DNA of 64,000 nt from an uncultured Eubacteriales bacterium (GCA_902793605.1 CADBEB010000014.1:3265-67264); one strand, 5' to 3'; positions 16,830 through 25,912 are shown, counted from the first letter of the stretch. A program made the numbers and translations. The notes: a model not told the origin generated them from the sequence alone.

Positions 16830-19279
16830 GCGATAAAAGCATTCAGGCAAGGCCTGACGTCCCGGCGGGACTGGTATTCTTCGAGGCCCATGAAAAACCC
16901 CGGCAGTATGTGATCTTTGACAAGGCGCTGATCAAAGGCCGGCAGGAGATGGACGTTTTCACCCCCTCCGGGCTCCAGCTGACCTATCCTTTCCTGGACG
17001 AGGAACAGTGCGAGATCCGCTTTGAGAATGGGAAATGGCTTTACAAAAACCTGAGCGAGAACGTGTTCTCCTTCGTCGGCGGCAAGCTCCTGCCCTGCGG
17101 GGCGGAACAGGAACTGAAGGACAGCATGGTCATCCGCCTGTCCAACGACCGGATGCTCACCGCGGTCTTCCTGAAGGAATTCGCCTCCTCCACCGACTGG
17201 CAGATCATCAACATGGACGACGGCCGCCACACGGTCGTCATCGAAAACGAGGCGTGGGAAGAAGGCAATTCAGCGCTCACCCTGGAGTATGAGAACAGCC
17301 GCTGGCAGCTGAAGGACATCGGCGTCACCGCCCTGCTGCTGAACGGGCAGCCGCTCCGCGAGCCGACCGCCCTGCAGTTTGACGACTGCCTGCAGATCGG
17401 CGAAACCCGCTTCATCTTTGAAGGCTCCGGCATGCTCTACGGCGTCCATTCCCGGCAGGGCGGACTGAGCATCGCCATCGACGAGCGGACCGTCAAGAAC
17501 GCGATGAAGAAATACACCCTCCTCAAGGACATCCGCCTGTCCATCGAACCGGGCAACATGGTCATGATCCTGGGCGGATCCGGCGCGGGCAAAAGCACTT
17601 TCGTCAACGCTGTCACAGGATATGAAAAAGCCAAGGCCGTGATCACGGAAGGCGGTCTCGACTACTATAAACAGTACGACCAGGTCAAGCACCGGATCGG
17701 TTTCGTCCCCCAGGAAAACCTGATGCGCGAGGAAGATACGGTCCGGATGACAGTCAGCAATGCCGCGGATCTCCGGCTTCCCGCCTCGATGTCCCAGGAG
17801 GAAAAAGCCCGGAAGGTCCGGATGGCGCTGGAAACCTTCGGTCTCGCCGGCCGGGAGGATACGCTGGTCAGCAAGCTCTCCGGCGGACAGAAGAAGCGCC
17901 TTTCCATCTGCACGGAGTTCGTGGCAAGCCCCAACCTGTTCATCCTGGATGAACCCGACTCCGGCCTGGACGGCATCATGGCCCGCGGTCTGATGGAAAA
18001 CCTGCGGCTGATCGCCTGCCAGGGAAAGATGGTCCTGGTCATCACCCACGCACCGGACCGGGTTGCAAACCTGTTCGACAAGGTAATCGTGCTCGCCAAG
18101 GGAACGGAGTCCAGGATCGGCCAGCTGGCCTTCTATGGCGGGATCCGGGAGGCTAAGGACTTTTTCGGAACCGACTCCCTGGAGAACGTCGTCAAGCGGA
18201 TCAACGCCGTGAACGAGGGCGGCGAAGGCCGGGCGGACGAGTTCATTGAGAAGTACAAGGCCTATGCCGCGGAACGGGACGCCATGGACAGGGACGACTT
18301 CCGCGAAGCCGGTGCGGAACAGGAGGAAGAATCCGTCACGGACGTGGATGTGAGCATCCGCTACAAGAGCCGCCTGGGACAGATTCCCATTTCTTTCGGC
18401 AAACATCTCCGGATGTTCATCAACGAGGGGAACTGGAAGGTCCTTCCCCTGTCGGCGATCATCGCCTACCTGGTGGTCTATGTTATCGGCAAGCGGATGT
18501 TCATCAACATGGAAGGTACCTCCTACGCCGCGTTTGCCATCACCTGCGTGTGTATCTGGAACGGCGTGTTCAATTCCATCCAGGTCGTCTGCAAGGAGCG
18601 CGGGATCATCAAGCGGGAGCACCGGGCCGGCCTGCACATCTCTTCCTACCTGTTGTCCCACATGGCCTACCAGGCGATCATCAGCCTGATCCAGACGATC
18701 ATCATGGTCGCCATCTTCCAGATCTTCGGCGTGTACATGCCCTCCAAGAGCGTAATCACCGGCAGCTTCCTGGTGGACCTGTCCATTACGATCTTCCTGA
18801 TCACCTATGCCGCGGATATGCTGGGCCTGATGATCTCCTGCATCGTGCACACGCCCATGACCGCCATGACTGTGATGCCCTTCGTGCTGATCGTCCAGCT
18901 GGTGTTCGCCAACTTTGTCATCCCGCTGAACGCTTTCGGCCAGAAGGTCTCCAACATCACCATCAGCAAGTGGGGAATCCAGGCCATCTGCGCGGTATCA
19001 GACTACAACAGCCAGGAGTCGACCGTACTCCTGACTGCGCTGAACACCATGAACAACCGGGATCCCGAGAGCCTGGTCTCCCGGATCCAGCGGGTGCTCT
19101 CCATTGATGAAGTCAACCACAAGGTGGGACAGTTGACCGCCGCCCAGCTGCAGAAAGCCAGCTATGCCTTCACGACAGAAAACGTCCTCAAGAACTGGGG
19201 CATCCTCCTTGGCTTTACGCTGCTCTATGTGGTGATCGGTCTTATATTCCTCGAACAGGTTGACCATGACAAGCGCTAG
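16826..19279 (+). CDS. ABC transporter fusion: two FHA-like modules, ABC ATPase and ABC-2 (ABCG-like) permease
   Basis: N-terminal about 200 aa with FHA-like strands (EIRFENGKWLYKNLSENVFSFVGGKLL; RWQLKDIGVTALLLNGQPL...LQIGETRFIFEG). Walker A GGSGAGKST and LSGGQKKRLSICTEF...FILDEPDSGLD. C-terminal 6-TM ABC-2 region. Confidence 0.85.
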   Translation: MSDKSIQARPDVPAGLVFFEAHEKPRQYVIFDKALIKGRQEMDVFTPSGLQLTYPFLDEEQCEIRFENGKWLYKNLSENVFSFVGGKLLPCGAEQELKDSMVIRLSNDRMLTAVFLKEFASSTDWQIINMDDGRHTVVIENEAWEEGNSALTLEYENSRWQLKDIGVTALLLNGQPLREPTALQFDDCLQIGETRFIFEGSGMLYGVHSRQGGLSIAIDERTVKNAMKKYTLLKDIRLSIEPGNMVMILGGSGAGKSTFVNAVTGYEKAKAVITEGGLDYYKQYDQVKHRIGFVPQENLMREEDTVRMTVSNAADLRLPASMSQEEKARKVRMALETFGLAGREDTLVSKLSGGQKKRLSICTEFVASPNLFILDEPDSGLDGIMARGLMENLRLIACQGKMVLVITHAPDRVANLFDKVIVLAKGTESRIGQLAFYGGIREAKDFFGTDSLENVVKRINAVNEGGEGRADEFIEKYKAYAAERDAMDRDDFREAGAEQEEESVTDVDVSIRYKSRLGQIPISFGKHLRMFINEGNWKVLPLSAIIAYLVVYVIGKRMFINMEGTSYAAFAITCVCIWNGVFNSIQVVCKERGIIKREHRAGLHISSYLLSHMAYQAIISLIQTIIMVAIFQIFGVYMPSKSVITGSFLVDLSITIFLITYAADMLGLMISCIVHTPMTAMTVMPFVLIVQLVFANFVIPLNAFGQKVSNITISKWGIQAICAVSDYNSQESTVLLTALNTMNNRDPESLVSRIQRVLSIDEVNHKVGQLTAAQLQKASYAFTTENVLKNWGILLGFTLLYVVIGLIFLEQVDHDKR

Positions 19280-19309
19280 TCTGCAGCAACAGATCCCCGC
19301 CCGGGCATA

Positions 19310-19350
19310 AAAATCCGGAGCTGTTCGAAATGAACGGCTCCGGTATTTTA
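19310..19350. terminator. bidirectional terminator between convergent genes
   Basis: Stems CCGGAGC (19315-19321) and GCTCCGG (19337-19343), flanked by AAAAAT upstream and TATTTTAT downstream. Confidence 0.55.
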
Positions 19351-19360
19351 TGTCCTTTGA

Positions 19361-19603
19361 TTACTTCTTGATCCAGAGGTACTCGCCGGTACGGATCATG
19401 TTGGTACCCTTGTTGATGTGGGGATTCCACTCACGGATCTTGTGCCAGTCCTTGATGCCGTAATGGTTGGCAATCCGGATCAGGGTATCGGTCGCTGTGA
19501 CCTTGTGCTGGATCCAGCCGGGCTTGTCTTTCTCGGGCTCGAAGTGGATCTTGCCGCCGGAGACTTCTTCCAGTTCATTAAGATTCAGTTCATTGTTATC
19601 CAT
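19361..19603 (-). CDS. 80-aa protein: double-glycine (GG) leader fused to a single LysM domain
   Basis: Start re-set to ATG 19603 (AGGAGG 8 nt upstream). Product is MDNNELNLNELEEVSGG followed by KIHFEPEKDKPGWIQHKVTATDTLIRIANHYGIKDWHKIREWNPHINKGTNMIRTGEYLWIKK. Confidence 0.8.
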   Translation of the reverse strand: MDNNELNLNELEEVSGGKIHFEPEKDKPGWIQHKVTATDTLIRIANHYGIKDWHKIREWNPHINKGTNMIRTGEYLWIKK

Positions 19604-19740
19604 GGTTTTATCCTCCTGATATTCATTTTCGTCATCTGCAAAGCCTTCATCGGTCAATGCATCAGTGTATACGAAGCTGACATGCCGCGTGGCAGCAGGA
19701 AACAGCATTTCTCTTCAATTTTTTTCAGACTGCCGTCCGG

Positions 19741-19911
19741 TCATTCCTTTTTAACGTCGTTTATGGCCATGATGCGGCAGATCGCCGTCAGGACGCCGCC
19801 GATGACCACAGCGATCCAGCACCTGGACCAGTCGTTGGCGATCAGGCCCCATACGAGCATAACGCAGACGGAAAGGATCGGAATAATCGCGGTCAATTTC
19901 TTGTAATCCAT
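19741..19911 (-). CDS. 56-aa small membrane protein (two predicted TM helices), not in ORF track
   Basis: ATG 19911 follows AGGAGGAAAACAAA. Product MDYKKLTAIIPILSVCVMLVWGLIANDWSRCWIAVVIGGVLTAICRIMAINDVKKE, stop TGA at 19741-19743. Confidence 0.55.
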   Translation of the reverse strand: MDYKKLTAIIPILSVCVMLVWGLIANDWSRCWIAVVIGGVLTAICRIMAINDVKKE

Positions 19912-20110
19912 TTTGTTTTCCTCCTATGTTTATGCAGCTGTTGCTTTATCCCTATTATGCACGGAAACCAGCCTGAGCGCAAGCTATTTTGCCCGAAAGC
20001 CGAAAAGGCAGAGAAAAAGCACGGACGGCTGGATGGAAAGCCTGTTTTCCGGTATAATGGTCCCGTTTCCGAATCATACAGGAAATCTTGTACAGGAAAG
20101 GAAGATCTCC

Positions 20111-21367
20111 ATGTCCTTTGAACGTATCGGTATCCGTCCCGCGCAGATCCTGCTGCCCGCCCCCGGTGTCCGGCCGGAGACCTGGGCCTGCATTGCCTGC
20201 GATCAGTATACCTCCGAACCGGCCTACTGGGAAAAGGCCTTCGCTGCCGCGGGGGATTCTCCGTCCGCCCTGAAGCTGATCCTCCCGGAATGCAGCCTGA
20301 AGGACAGCGAAAAGCTGATCCCCGGCATTCACCGGACCATGGCGGAATACCTTGAGCAGGGCTTGCTGCTCCCTGCGGTGGATCCCGGCTTCATTCTCTG
20401 CGAGCGGACGATCGCTTCCGGCAGCCGCCTGGGCCTGGTCTGCGCGGTCGATCTGGAGCAGTATTCCTTCGAAAAGGGATCCCTGCCGCTGGTTCGCCCC
20501 ACGGAACAGACCATCGCCTCCCGGCTGCCTCCCCGGCTGGTCATCCGCCGCGGCGCACCGGTCGAGCTGACCCATATCATGATCCTGATCGACGATCCGG
20601 ACCGCACCGTGCTTGAACCCCTGCAGGCAGAGAAGGCTTCCTTCCGGAAGCTCTACGATTTTGACCTGATGATGAACGGCGGACATCTGGCCGGCTGGGC
20701 ACTGGATACCCCGGAAGTGCTGGAGCAGGTCGACCGGAGCCTGAACGCCCTCATGGACACCAGGGGCGAGCATCCGCTCCTCCTGGCCGTAGGCGACGGA
20801 AACCACAGCCTGGCAACCGCCAAGGCCTACTGGAACGAGATCCGGGAAGGCCTGACCGCAGAAGAACGGGAAAACCATCCCGCGCGCTTCGCCCTGTGCG
20901 AGATCGTAAACATCCACGACAATGCCCTGCTCTTTGAGCCGATCCACCGAATCGTGACCGGTACCGGCCGCGAAGCCCTGATAGCTGACTGGCGGGAGTA
21001 CGCGGCGGAACGCGGCATGTCGCTGCAGGCTGCCGGAGAAGGCCATCGCTTCACGGTCATCGCCGCGGACGGCGAAGAAACGGTCGTGGTCGCTTCTCCG
21101 GAAGGCGCCATTCCCTGTGAAACAGTCCAGAAGTTCCTGGACGATTTCCTCTCCCGGCATCCGGAAGCGGAGATCGACTACATCCACGGGGAAGACTCCC
21201 TGCGGACGCTGGCCGGTAAGCCGGGAACCGTAGGCTTGCTGCTGCCGGAGATCGACAAGCATTCGTTCTTCGCGGATGTGGAGCGGCTGGGCGTCCTGCC
21301 GAGGAAAACCTTCTCCATGGGCGAGGCGGACGAGAAGCGCTTCTACATGGAAGCAAAGAGAATATGA
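20111..21367 (+). CDS. DUF1015 family protein
   Basis: Start re-set to ATG 20111, giving MSFERIGIRPAQILLPAP...WACIACDQYTSEP. Central DGNHSLATAKAYW motif is typical of DUF1015. Confidence 0.8.
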   Translation: MSFERIGIRPAQILLPAPGVRPETWACIACDQYTSEPAYWEKAFAAAGDSPSALKLILPECSLKDSEKLIPGIHRTMAEYLEQGLLLPAVDPGFILCERTIASGSRLGLVCAVDLEQYSFEKGSLPLVRPTEQTIASRLPPRLVIRRGAPVELTHIMILIDDPDRTVLEPLQAEKASFRKLYDFDLMMNGGHLAGWALDTPEVLEQVDRSLNALMDTRGEHPLLLAVGDGNHSLATAKAYWNEIREGLTAEERENHPARFALCEIVNIHDNALLFEPIHRIVTGTGREALIADWREYAAERGMSLQAAGEGHRFTVIAADGEETVVVASPEGAIPCETVQKFLDDFLSRHPEAEIDYIHGEDSLRTLAGKPGTVGLLLPEIDKHSFFADVERLGVLPRKTFSMGEADEKRFYMEAKRI

Positions 21368-21414
21368 TCTGCAAGGGATCCGTCCACGCGCCCTGAAGGC
21401 CCCGGACGGGATGA

Positions 21415-21459
21415 CAAAACAACAGGACTCTGGCATTTTCGCCAAAGTCCTTTGTTTTT
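21415..21459. terminator. bidirectional terminator
   Basis: CAAAACAACAGGACT (21415-21429) pairs with AGTCCTTTGTTTTT (21446-21459), between convergent genes. Confidence 0.55.
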
Positions 21460-22189
21460 ATGTCAGTTCGAAGGTAACCTTCACGCAGCGGGAGAGGAAG
21501 CCGATCTCATTGATGGGAACGGTTTCCGCTTCGTATTCACGGTCGTAGGACTGGAGCAGGACCCTGTGGTCGTCCAGGATCTTGACCTTGCGGAGATAGC
21601 GGTGCTCGTTGTAGTTCATCAGCATCACCGCGCCGTCCACCGGACTCTGGGCCGGAACCGTCAGCACGATGTCACCCTTGTGGATGCGGAAGCCCCGCAT
21701 GCTGTCGTCCGGCGCCAGGTAAAAGAAAACCTTGTCCGGATTGGCGCCTTCGATGCGCCCGTTCTCCACCGGCACCAGCTGATAACCGACGGGTTTCATC
21801 ACGGCGTTCATCACCGGCACCCGCTTCAGTACGCTTTGCAGCGCGTCCAGCCAGACGCTGCCGGCCACGCCCTCGTCCTTTTCCTCGGTGGAGGCTGCCA
21901 GTTCCGCTTCCTTCTTCGGCGGTTTCTTCACCGCCTGCGCCAGGCGCGGCTGGACCTGCGCCAGGTCAACGGTCGCGGCGATATCGTCCAGCGTGAACTC
22001 CGCTTCGGTCTGCTGCTTCAGGCCCATGCTCTTCAGGATCCGCCGGGCCTGGTCATCCGCAATGATCCGCGTGCCGGCTTCTACCGCCAGCAGGTAGCTT
22101 TCGCTGACGCCGCACTTTTTCGCTACCTGTTTCGGGGTCAGTTTCTGCCTGATCCGCTCCGTGCGGATCAGGTCTCCCAGTCTGCTCAT
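21458..22189 (-). CDS. XRE-family HTH regulator with C-terminal S24 (LexA/CI-like) peptidase domain
   Basis: N-terminal HTH (LTPKQVAKKCGVSESYLLAVEAG). C-terminal YLAPDDSMRGFRIHKGDIVLTVP...RYLRKV resembles the S24 Ser/Lys dyad region. Confidence 0.75.
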   Translation of the reverse strand: MSRLGDLIRTERIRQKLTPKQVAKKCGVSESYLLAVEAGTRIIADDQARRILKSMGLKQQTEAEFTLDDIAATVDLAQVQPRLAQAVKKPPKKEAELAASTEEKDEGVAGSVWLDALQSVLKRVPVMNAVMKPVGYQLVPVENGRIEGANPDKVFFYLAPDDSMRGFRIHKGDIVLTVPAQSPVDGAVMLMNYNEHRYLRKVKILDDHRVLLQSYDREYEAETVPINEIGFLSRCVKVTFELT

Positions 22190-22195
22190 CGTTGA

Positions 22196-22918
22196 TCAAT
22201 CCTTGTTTGTTTTTCCGAGGTAAGCTTCCTGGATGGCTTCGCTGGCAAGGAGTTCCTCGCCGGTGCCGGACATCGTGATCCGTCCGGTCTCCATCACGTA
22301 AGCATAGTCGCAGGCGTGCAGAGCAGCATTCGCGTTCTGCTCGATCAGCAGCACGGTCATGCCGGTGCTCTTCAGCGTCTGGATGATCTTGAAGATATCC
22401 TTGACCACCAGGGGCGCCAGGCCCAGGCTGGGCTCGTCCATCATGATGATCTTCGGCCGGGTCATGATCGCGCGGCCCACAGCCAGCATCTGCTGCTCGC
22501 CGCCGGACAGCGTGCCCGCCAGCTGCCAGGAGCGCTCCTTCAGCCGGGGGAAGAGGTTGTACACGTAGTTGATGTCCTCTTCGATGACTTCCTTGTCCGT
22601 GCGCAGGTAAGCGCCGATCCGCAGATTCTCCAGCACCGTCAGGTTGGCGAACACGCGCCGGCCTTCCGGCACCATCGCGATGCCGGTCGCCACGATCTTC
22701 TGGGTGCCAAAGTCGGTGATGTCCCGGCCTTCGTAGTAGATCCGTCCGGATTTGGGAGCGACCAGGCCGGAGATGGTCCGCAGGGTCGTGCTCTTGCCGG
22801 CGCCGTTGGCGCCGATCAGGGTGACAATCTTGCCCTGGTCCACCTCGAAGGAGATTCCCTTCAGGGCTTCGATGCCGCCGTAGGAAACTACCAGGTCCGT
22901 TACTTTCAGCAGGCTCAT
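22196..22918 (-). CDS. livF: branched-chain amino acid ABC transporter ATP-binding protein
   Basis: GANGAGKSTTL, LSGGEQQMLAVGRA and IMMDEPSLGLAP motifs. Last gene of the liv-type operon. Confidence 0.9.
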   Translation of the reverse strand: MSLLKVTDLVVSYGGIEALKGISFEVDQGKIVTLIGANGAGKSTTLRTISGLVAPKSGRIYYEGRDITDFGTQKIVATGIAMVPEGRRVFANLTVLENLRIGAYLRTDKEVIEEDINYVYNLFPRLKERSWQLAGTLSGGEQQMLAVGRAIMTRPKIIMMDEPSLGLAPLVVKDIFKIIQTLKSTGMTVLLIEQNANAALHACDYAYVMETGRITMSGTGEELLASEAIQEAYLGKTNKD

Positions 22919-23775
22919 TCTTCATCCACCCCCAGGTAGGCCGCGATCACGACCGGATTTTTCTGGATCTCTTCGGGCGTGCCTTCGGCGATCTGCTTGC
23001 CGAAGTCCAGCACGTAGATCCGGTCGGAGATGTCCATGACCAGGTTCATGTGGTGCTCGATCATGAAGACCGTCAGGTTAAACCGGTTCTTGATATCCAC
23101 GATAAACTCGCCCAGCTCGTCCGTTTCCTGCGGGTTCATGCCGGCCGCCGGCTCATCCAGCAGCAGCAGGGTGGGATCCGTCGCCAGGGCGCGGGCGATC
23201 TCCAGGCGGCGCTGCTTGCCGTACGGCAGGGAGGTCGCCAGTTCGTTCGCCACGTCCGCCAGCCCGACGATCTCGAGCAGCTCCGCGGTCTTTTTGCGGT
23301 TGGCCTTCTCTTCCTTCGCGTTCAGGCGGAAAGTGGCCGTGAACATATTGCTGGTCTTGCGCAGGTGGGTGCCGATCAGGACATTTTCGAACGCTGTCTG
23401 GCTCTTGAAGAGCCGGATGTTCTGGAAGGTCCGGGCGATCCCCATGTGGGTGATCCGGTCCGGCGTATGGGCAACCGGCTTTCTGTTCGCATACAGTTCG
23501 CCGTTGATCCCGCCGTACTGCTTGATCATTTTGCCCTGGGGATGGTTCACCACGATGGGTTCCCCGTGGAAATAGACGATGCCGTTGGTCGGCTCATACA
23601 CGCCGGTTACACAGTTGAAGGCCGTGGTCTTGCCGGCGCCGTTCGGGCCGATCAGGGCCACGATCTCTCCCTGGTTGATTTCCATCGAGAGGTTGTTGAT
23701 GGCTACTACGCCGCCGAACTGCATCGTGATGTTTTCCAGTCTCAGGACCTGTTCCCTGTTTGTCGCTTTACTCAT
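22915..23775 (-). CDS. livG: branched-chain amino acid ABC transporter ATP-binding protein
   Basis: GPNGAGKTTAFN, LPYGKQRRLEIARAL, LLLDEPAAGMNP. 4-nt overlaps on both sides. Confidence 0.9.
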   Translation of the reverse strand: MSKATNREQVLRLENITMQFGGVVAINNLSMEINQGEIVALIGPNGAGKTTAFNCVTGVYEPTNGIVYFHGEPIVVNHPQGKMIKQYGGINGELYANRKPVAHTPDRITHMGIARTFQNIRLFKSQTAFENVLIGTHLRKTSNMFTATFRLNAKEEKANRKKTAELLEIVGLADVANELATSLPYGKQRRLEIARALATDPTLLLLDEPAAGMNPQETDELGEFIVDIKNRFNLTVFMIEHHMNLVMDISDRIYVLDFGKQIAEGTPEEIQKNPVVIAAYLGVDEE

Positions 23776-24890
23776 TTGACAGCCCTCCCTTTCTTCGCGG
23801 CTCTCCGGGAGAGCAGGTCAGGAAGCTCCTTGTCCCCCATGATCCCGCGGCGGAAGAACAGCACGACGATCATGATGATGACGGAGAACACAACCATCCG
23901 GAACCCGGTCCGCAGGAGCGGGACCTCAAAGTCGCCGATCAGCTGCTTTTCATCCAGGAAGCGCAGCCACCATTCGCTGCAGGCCACGAACAGGAAGGAG
24001 CTGAACACGCTGCCGGTCACCGAACCGATTCCGCCGATAACCACGATCAGCAGGATTTCATAGGTCATGGCCGAAGTAAAGGACTTGGCCTGCACGGTGG
24101 TCTGGTACATGGCGAGCATCGCGCCGCCGACGCCTGCGAAGAATGAGGAGATGCAGAACGCCAGCCGCTTGTGGTGCGCCAGGTTGATGCCCATGGCTTC
24201 CGCGGCGACCTCGTCGTCCCGGATCGCCTTGAGCGCCCGGCCGTAACTGGAATTGATCAGCAGGACGATCAGCAGGATGCAGACGCCTGCGATGATGAAC
24301 GGGATCAGCGTTGACAGGTAGACCGTCACGTTTCCGTTCCCGTCTGTGATGTTGAAATCGTTGAAATTCGGGAAACCCCTCAGCATGTTGGATCCGTTGG
24401 TGACCGGGCCCAGGCCGTTCCACTGGAAGATCGCGCGAATGATCTCCGCGAAGCCCAGGGTGGCGATGGCCAGGTAGTCGCTCTTCAGCCGCAGGACCGG
24501 CAGGCCGATCAGGAAGGCGAAGAACGCCGCCGCCAGGCCGGACAGGATCATCGCGACGACCAGCGGTACAGTGAACTGGACGATGCCGCCGTCAAAGTAC
24601 TGGTAGACCGCGGCACGCTGGGCCACGGGGATCGTGAAGATGCCGTACACATAAGCGCCGACCAGCATGAAGCCCGCCTGACCCAGGGAGAAGATCCCCG
24701 TGAAACCGTTCAGCAGGTTCATGGAAACCGCCACCAGCGCGTAGACCGCGCCTTTCTTCAGCACCGTGAAGAGCATGGAGGTGGACGGGAGCGTCTGTTC
24801 CGCGATGAACACCGCGATATAGATCGCCGCGATCAGGAACAGGGTGACAATCATCGGCACTTTGGATTTCTTCTGATTCATTCCGCTCAC
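23772..24890 (-). CDS. livM: branched-chain amino acid ABC transporter permease
   Basis: 372-aa polytopic protein of LivM type with GFTGIFSLGQAGFMLVGAY. Confidence 0.85.
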   Translation of the reverse strand: MSGMNQKKSKVPMIVTLFLIAAIYIAVFIAEQTLPSTSMLFTVLKKGAVYALVAVSMNLLNGFTGIFSLGQAGFMLVGAYVYGIFTIPVAQRAAVYQYFDGGIVQFTVPLVVAMILSGLAAAFFAFLIGLPVLRLKSDYLAIATLGFAEIIRAIFQWNGLGPVTNGSNMLRGFPNFNDFNITDGNGNVTVYLSTLIPFIIAGVCILLIVLLINSSYGRALKAIRDDEVAAEAMGINLAHHKRLAFCISSFFAGVGGAMLAMYQTTVQAKSFTSAMTYEILLIVVIGGIGSVTGSVFSSFLFVACSEWWLRFLDEKQLIGDFEVPLLRTGFRMVVFSVIIMIVVLFFRRGIMGDKELPDLLSRRAAKKGRAVK

Positions 24891-24891
24891 C

Positions 24892-25851
24892 TCACACCTT
24901 ATCCGTCACTTTTTCGCCGAACAGTCCGGTCGGCTTCACAATCAGGATGATGATCAGCAGGGCAAACGTGAAGGCGTCGGAGAACGTTGCCAGGCCCACA
25001 GGCTGGGCGATGATGCCCAGTTTGAACAGGATGACGTCCAGGCCCTTGATGATGTTCTCCATAATGCCGATGATGAACGCGCCGATCACCGCGCCGGGAA
25101 TGGAGCCGATCCCGCCGAACACCGCCGCCACGAACGCCTTCAGGCCGGGCATGGCGCCGGAGGTCTGGATGACGGTCGGATAGTTGGTGAAGAACAGGAT
25201 GGAACCGACGCCCGCCAGGAAGGAGCCGATGATGAACGTGGCGGAGATAACATTGTTAATCTTGATGCCCATCAGCTGGCTGGTCTCAAAGTCCTTCGAG
25301 ACTGCGCGCATGGCCATGCCGATCTTCGTTTTGTTGATCAGCAGCACCAGGGCCACCACCAGCGCGATGACCAGGAACGGCGTGATGACAGTGACGACCT
25401 TGGTTTTGGCCGCGCCGATCGCCATCGTTTCGGAGATCCACGGGATCGTGGGATACTGTTTGTTCAGGCCGCCCGTGATGTAAAGCACCAGGTTCTGCAG
25501 CGTGTAGCTGACGCCGATGGCGGAGATCATGACGGACATCCGCGGGGCGGAGCGCAGCGGCTTATAGGCAGCCCGCTCGATCAGGAAGCCTACCGCCACG
25601 GTGATCAGCAGCACCAGCGGAATGCAGAGCCACAGGGGCAGGCCGGAGGCTGCCAGGTACACCATGATAATGCCCGCCACCATGAACACGTCGCCGTGGG
25701 CAAAGTTGATCAGGCGCAGAATGCCGTACACCATGGTATAGCCGATGGCGATCAGCGCATACTGCCCGCCGACGGACACGCCGGAAAGCAGGTAAGGGAA
25801 GATGGTATCCCACACGATCGGAACACTCCCTTCGTTTGATTCAGTAAACAT
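24892..25851 (-). CDS. livH: branched-chain amino acid ABC transporter permease
   Basis: LivH-type GGQYALIAIGYTMVYGILRLINFAHGD. Start is uncertain: ATG 25851 has no RBS, while GTG 25815 follows GAAGGGAG. Confidence 0.85.
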   Translation of the reverse strand: MFTESNEGSVPIVWDTIFPYLLSGVSVGGQYALIAIGYTMVYGILRLINFAHGDVFMVAGIIMVYLAASGLPLWLCIPLVLLITVAVGFLIERAAYKPLRSAPRMSVMISAIGVSYTLQNLVLYITGGLNKQYPTIPWISETMAIGAAKTKVVTVITPFLVIALVVALVLLINKTKIGMAMRAVSKDFETSQLMGIKINNVISATFIIGSFLAGVGSILFFTNYPTVIQTSGAMPGLKAFVAAVFGGIGSIPGAVIGAFIIGIMENIIKGLDVILFKLGIIAQPVGLATFSDAFTFALLIIILIVKPTGLFGEKVTDKV

Positions 25852-25856
25852 GAAAC

Positions 25857-25884
25857 GCGGCGGAGGCTTGAATGTCTCCGCCGC
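25857..25884 (-). other. intercistronic hairpin between SBP and permease genes
   Basis: 9-bp stem GCGGCGGAG / CTCCGCCGC with a 10-nt loop and a weak U-tract on the - strand. A plausible partial terminator or mRNA-stability element. Confidence 0.4.
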
Positions 25885-25912
25885 AGATACGCTCGGCTGT
25901 CAGTTTTCGTCC

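Noticed and set aside
17270-18850. 526-aa - strand ORF
   Set aside because: Antisense shadow of the FHA-like ABC-2 transporter gene. Asp/Gly/His/Arg-rich.
19604-19708. Longer start (ATG 19708) for the LysM ORF, and the + strand ORF 19418..19906
   Set aside because: ATG 19708 has no RBS, and the added 35 residues are acidic filler. The + ORF is antisense to two RBS-supported - strand genes.
19955-21445. 496-aa - strand ORF
   Set aside because: Antisense shadow of the DUF1015 gene.
22053-24063. ORFs 22053..22925(-), 22316..22939(+) and 23050..24063(+)
   Set aside because: Alternative-frame or antisense shadows of livF, livG and livM, whose Walker and signature motifs fix the true frames.
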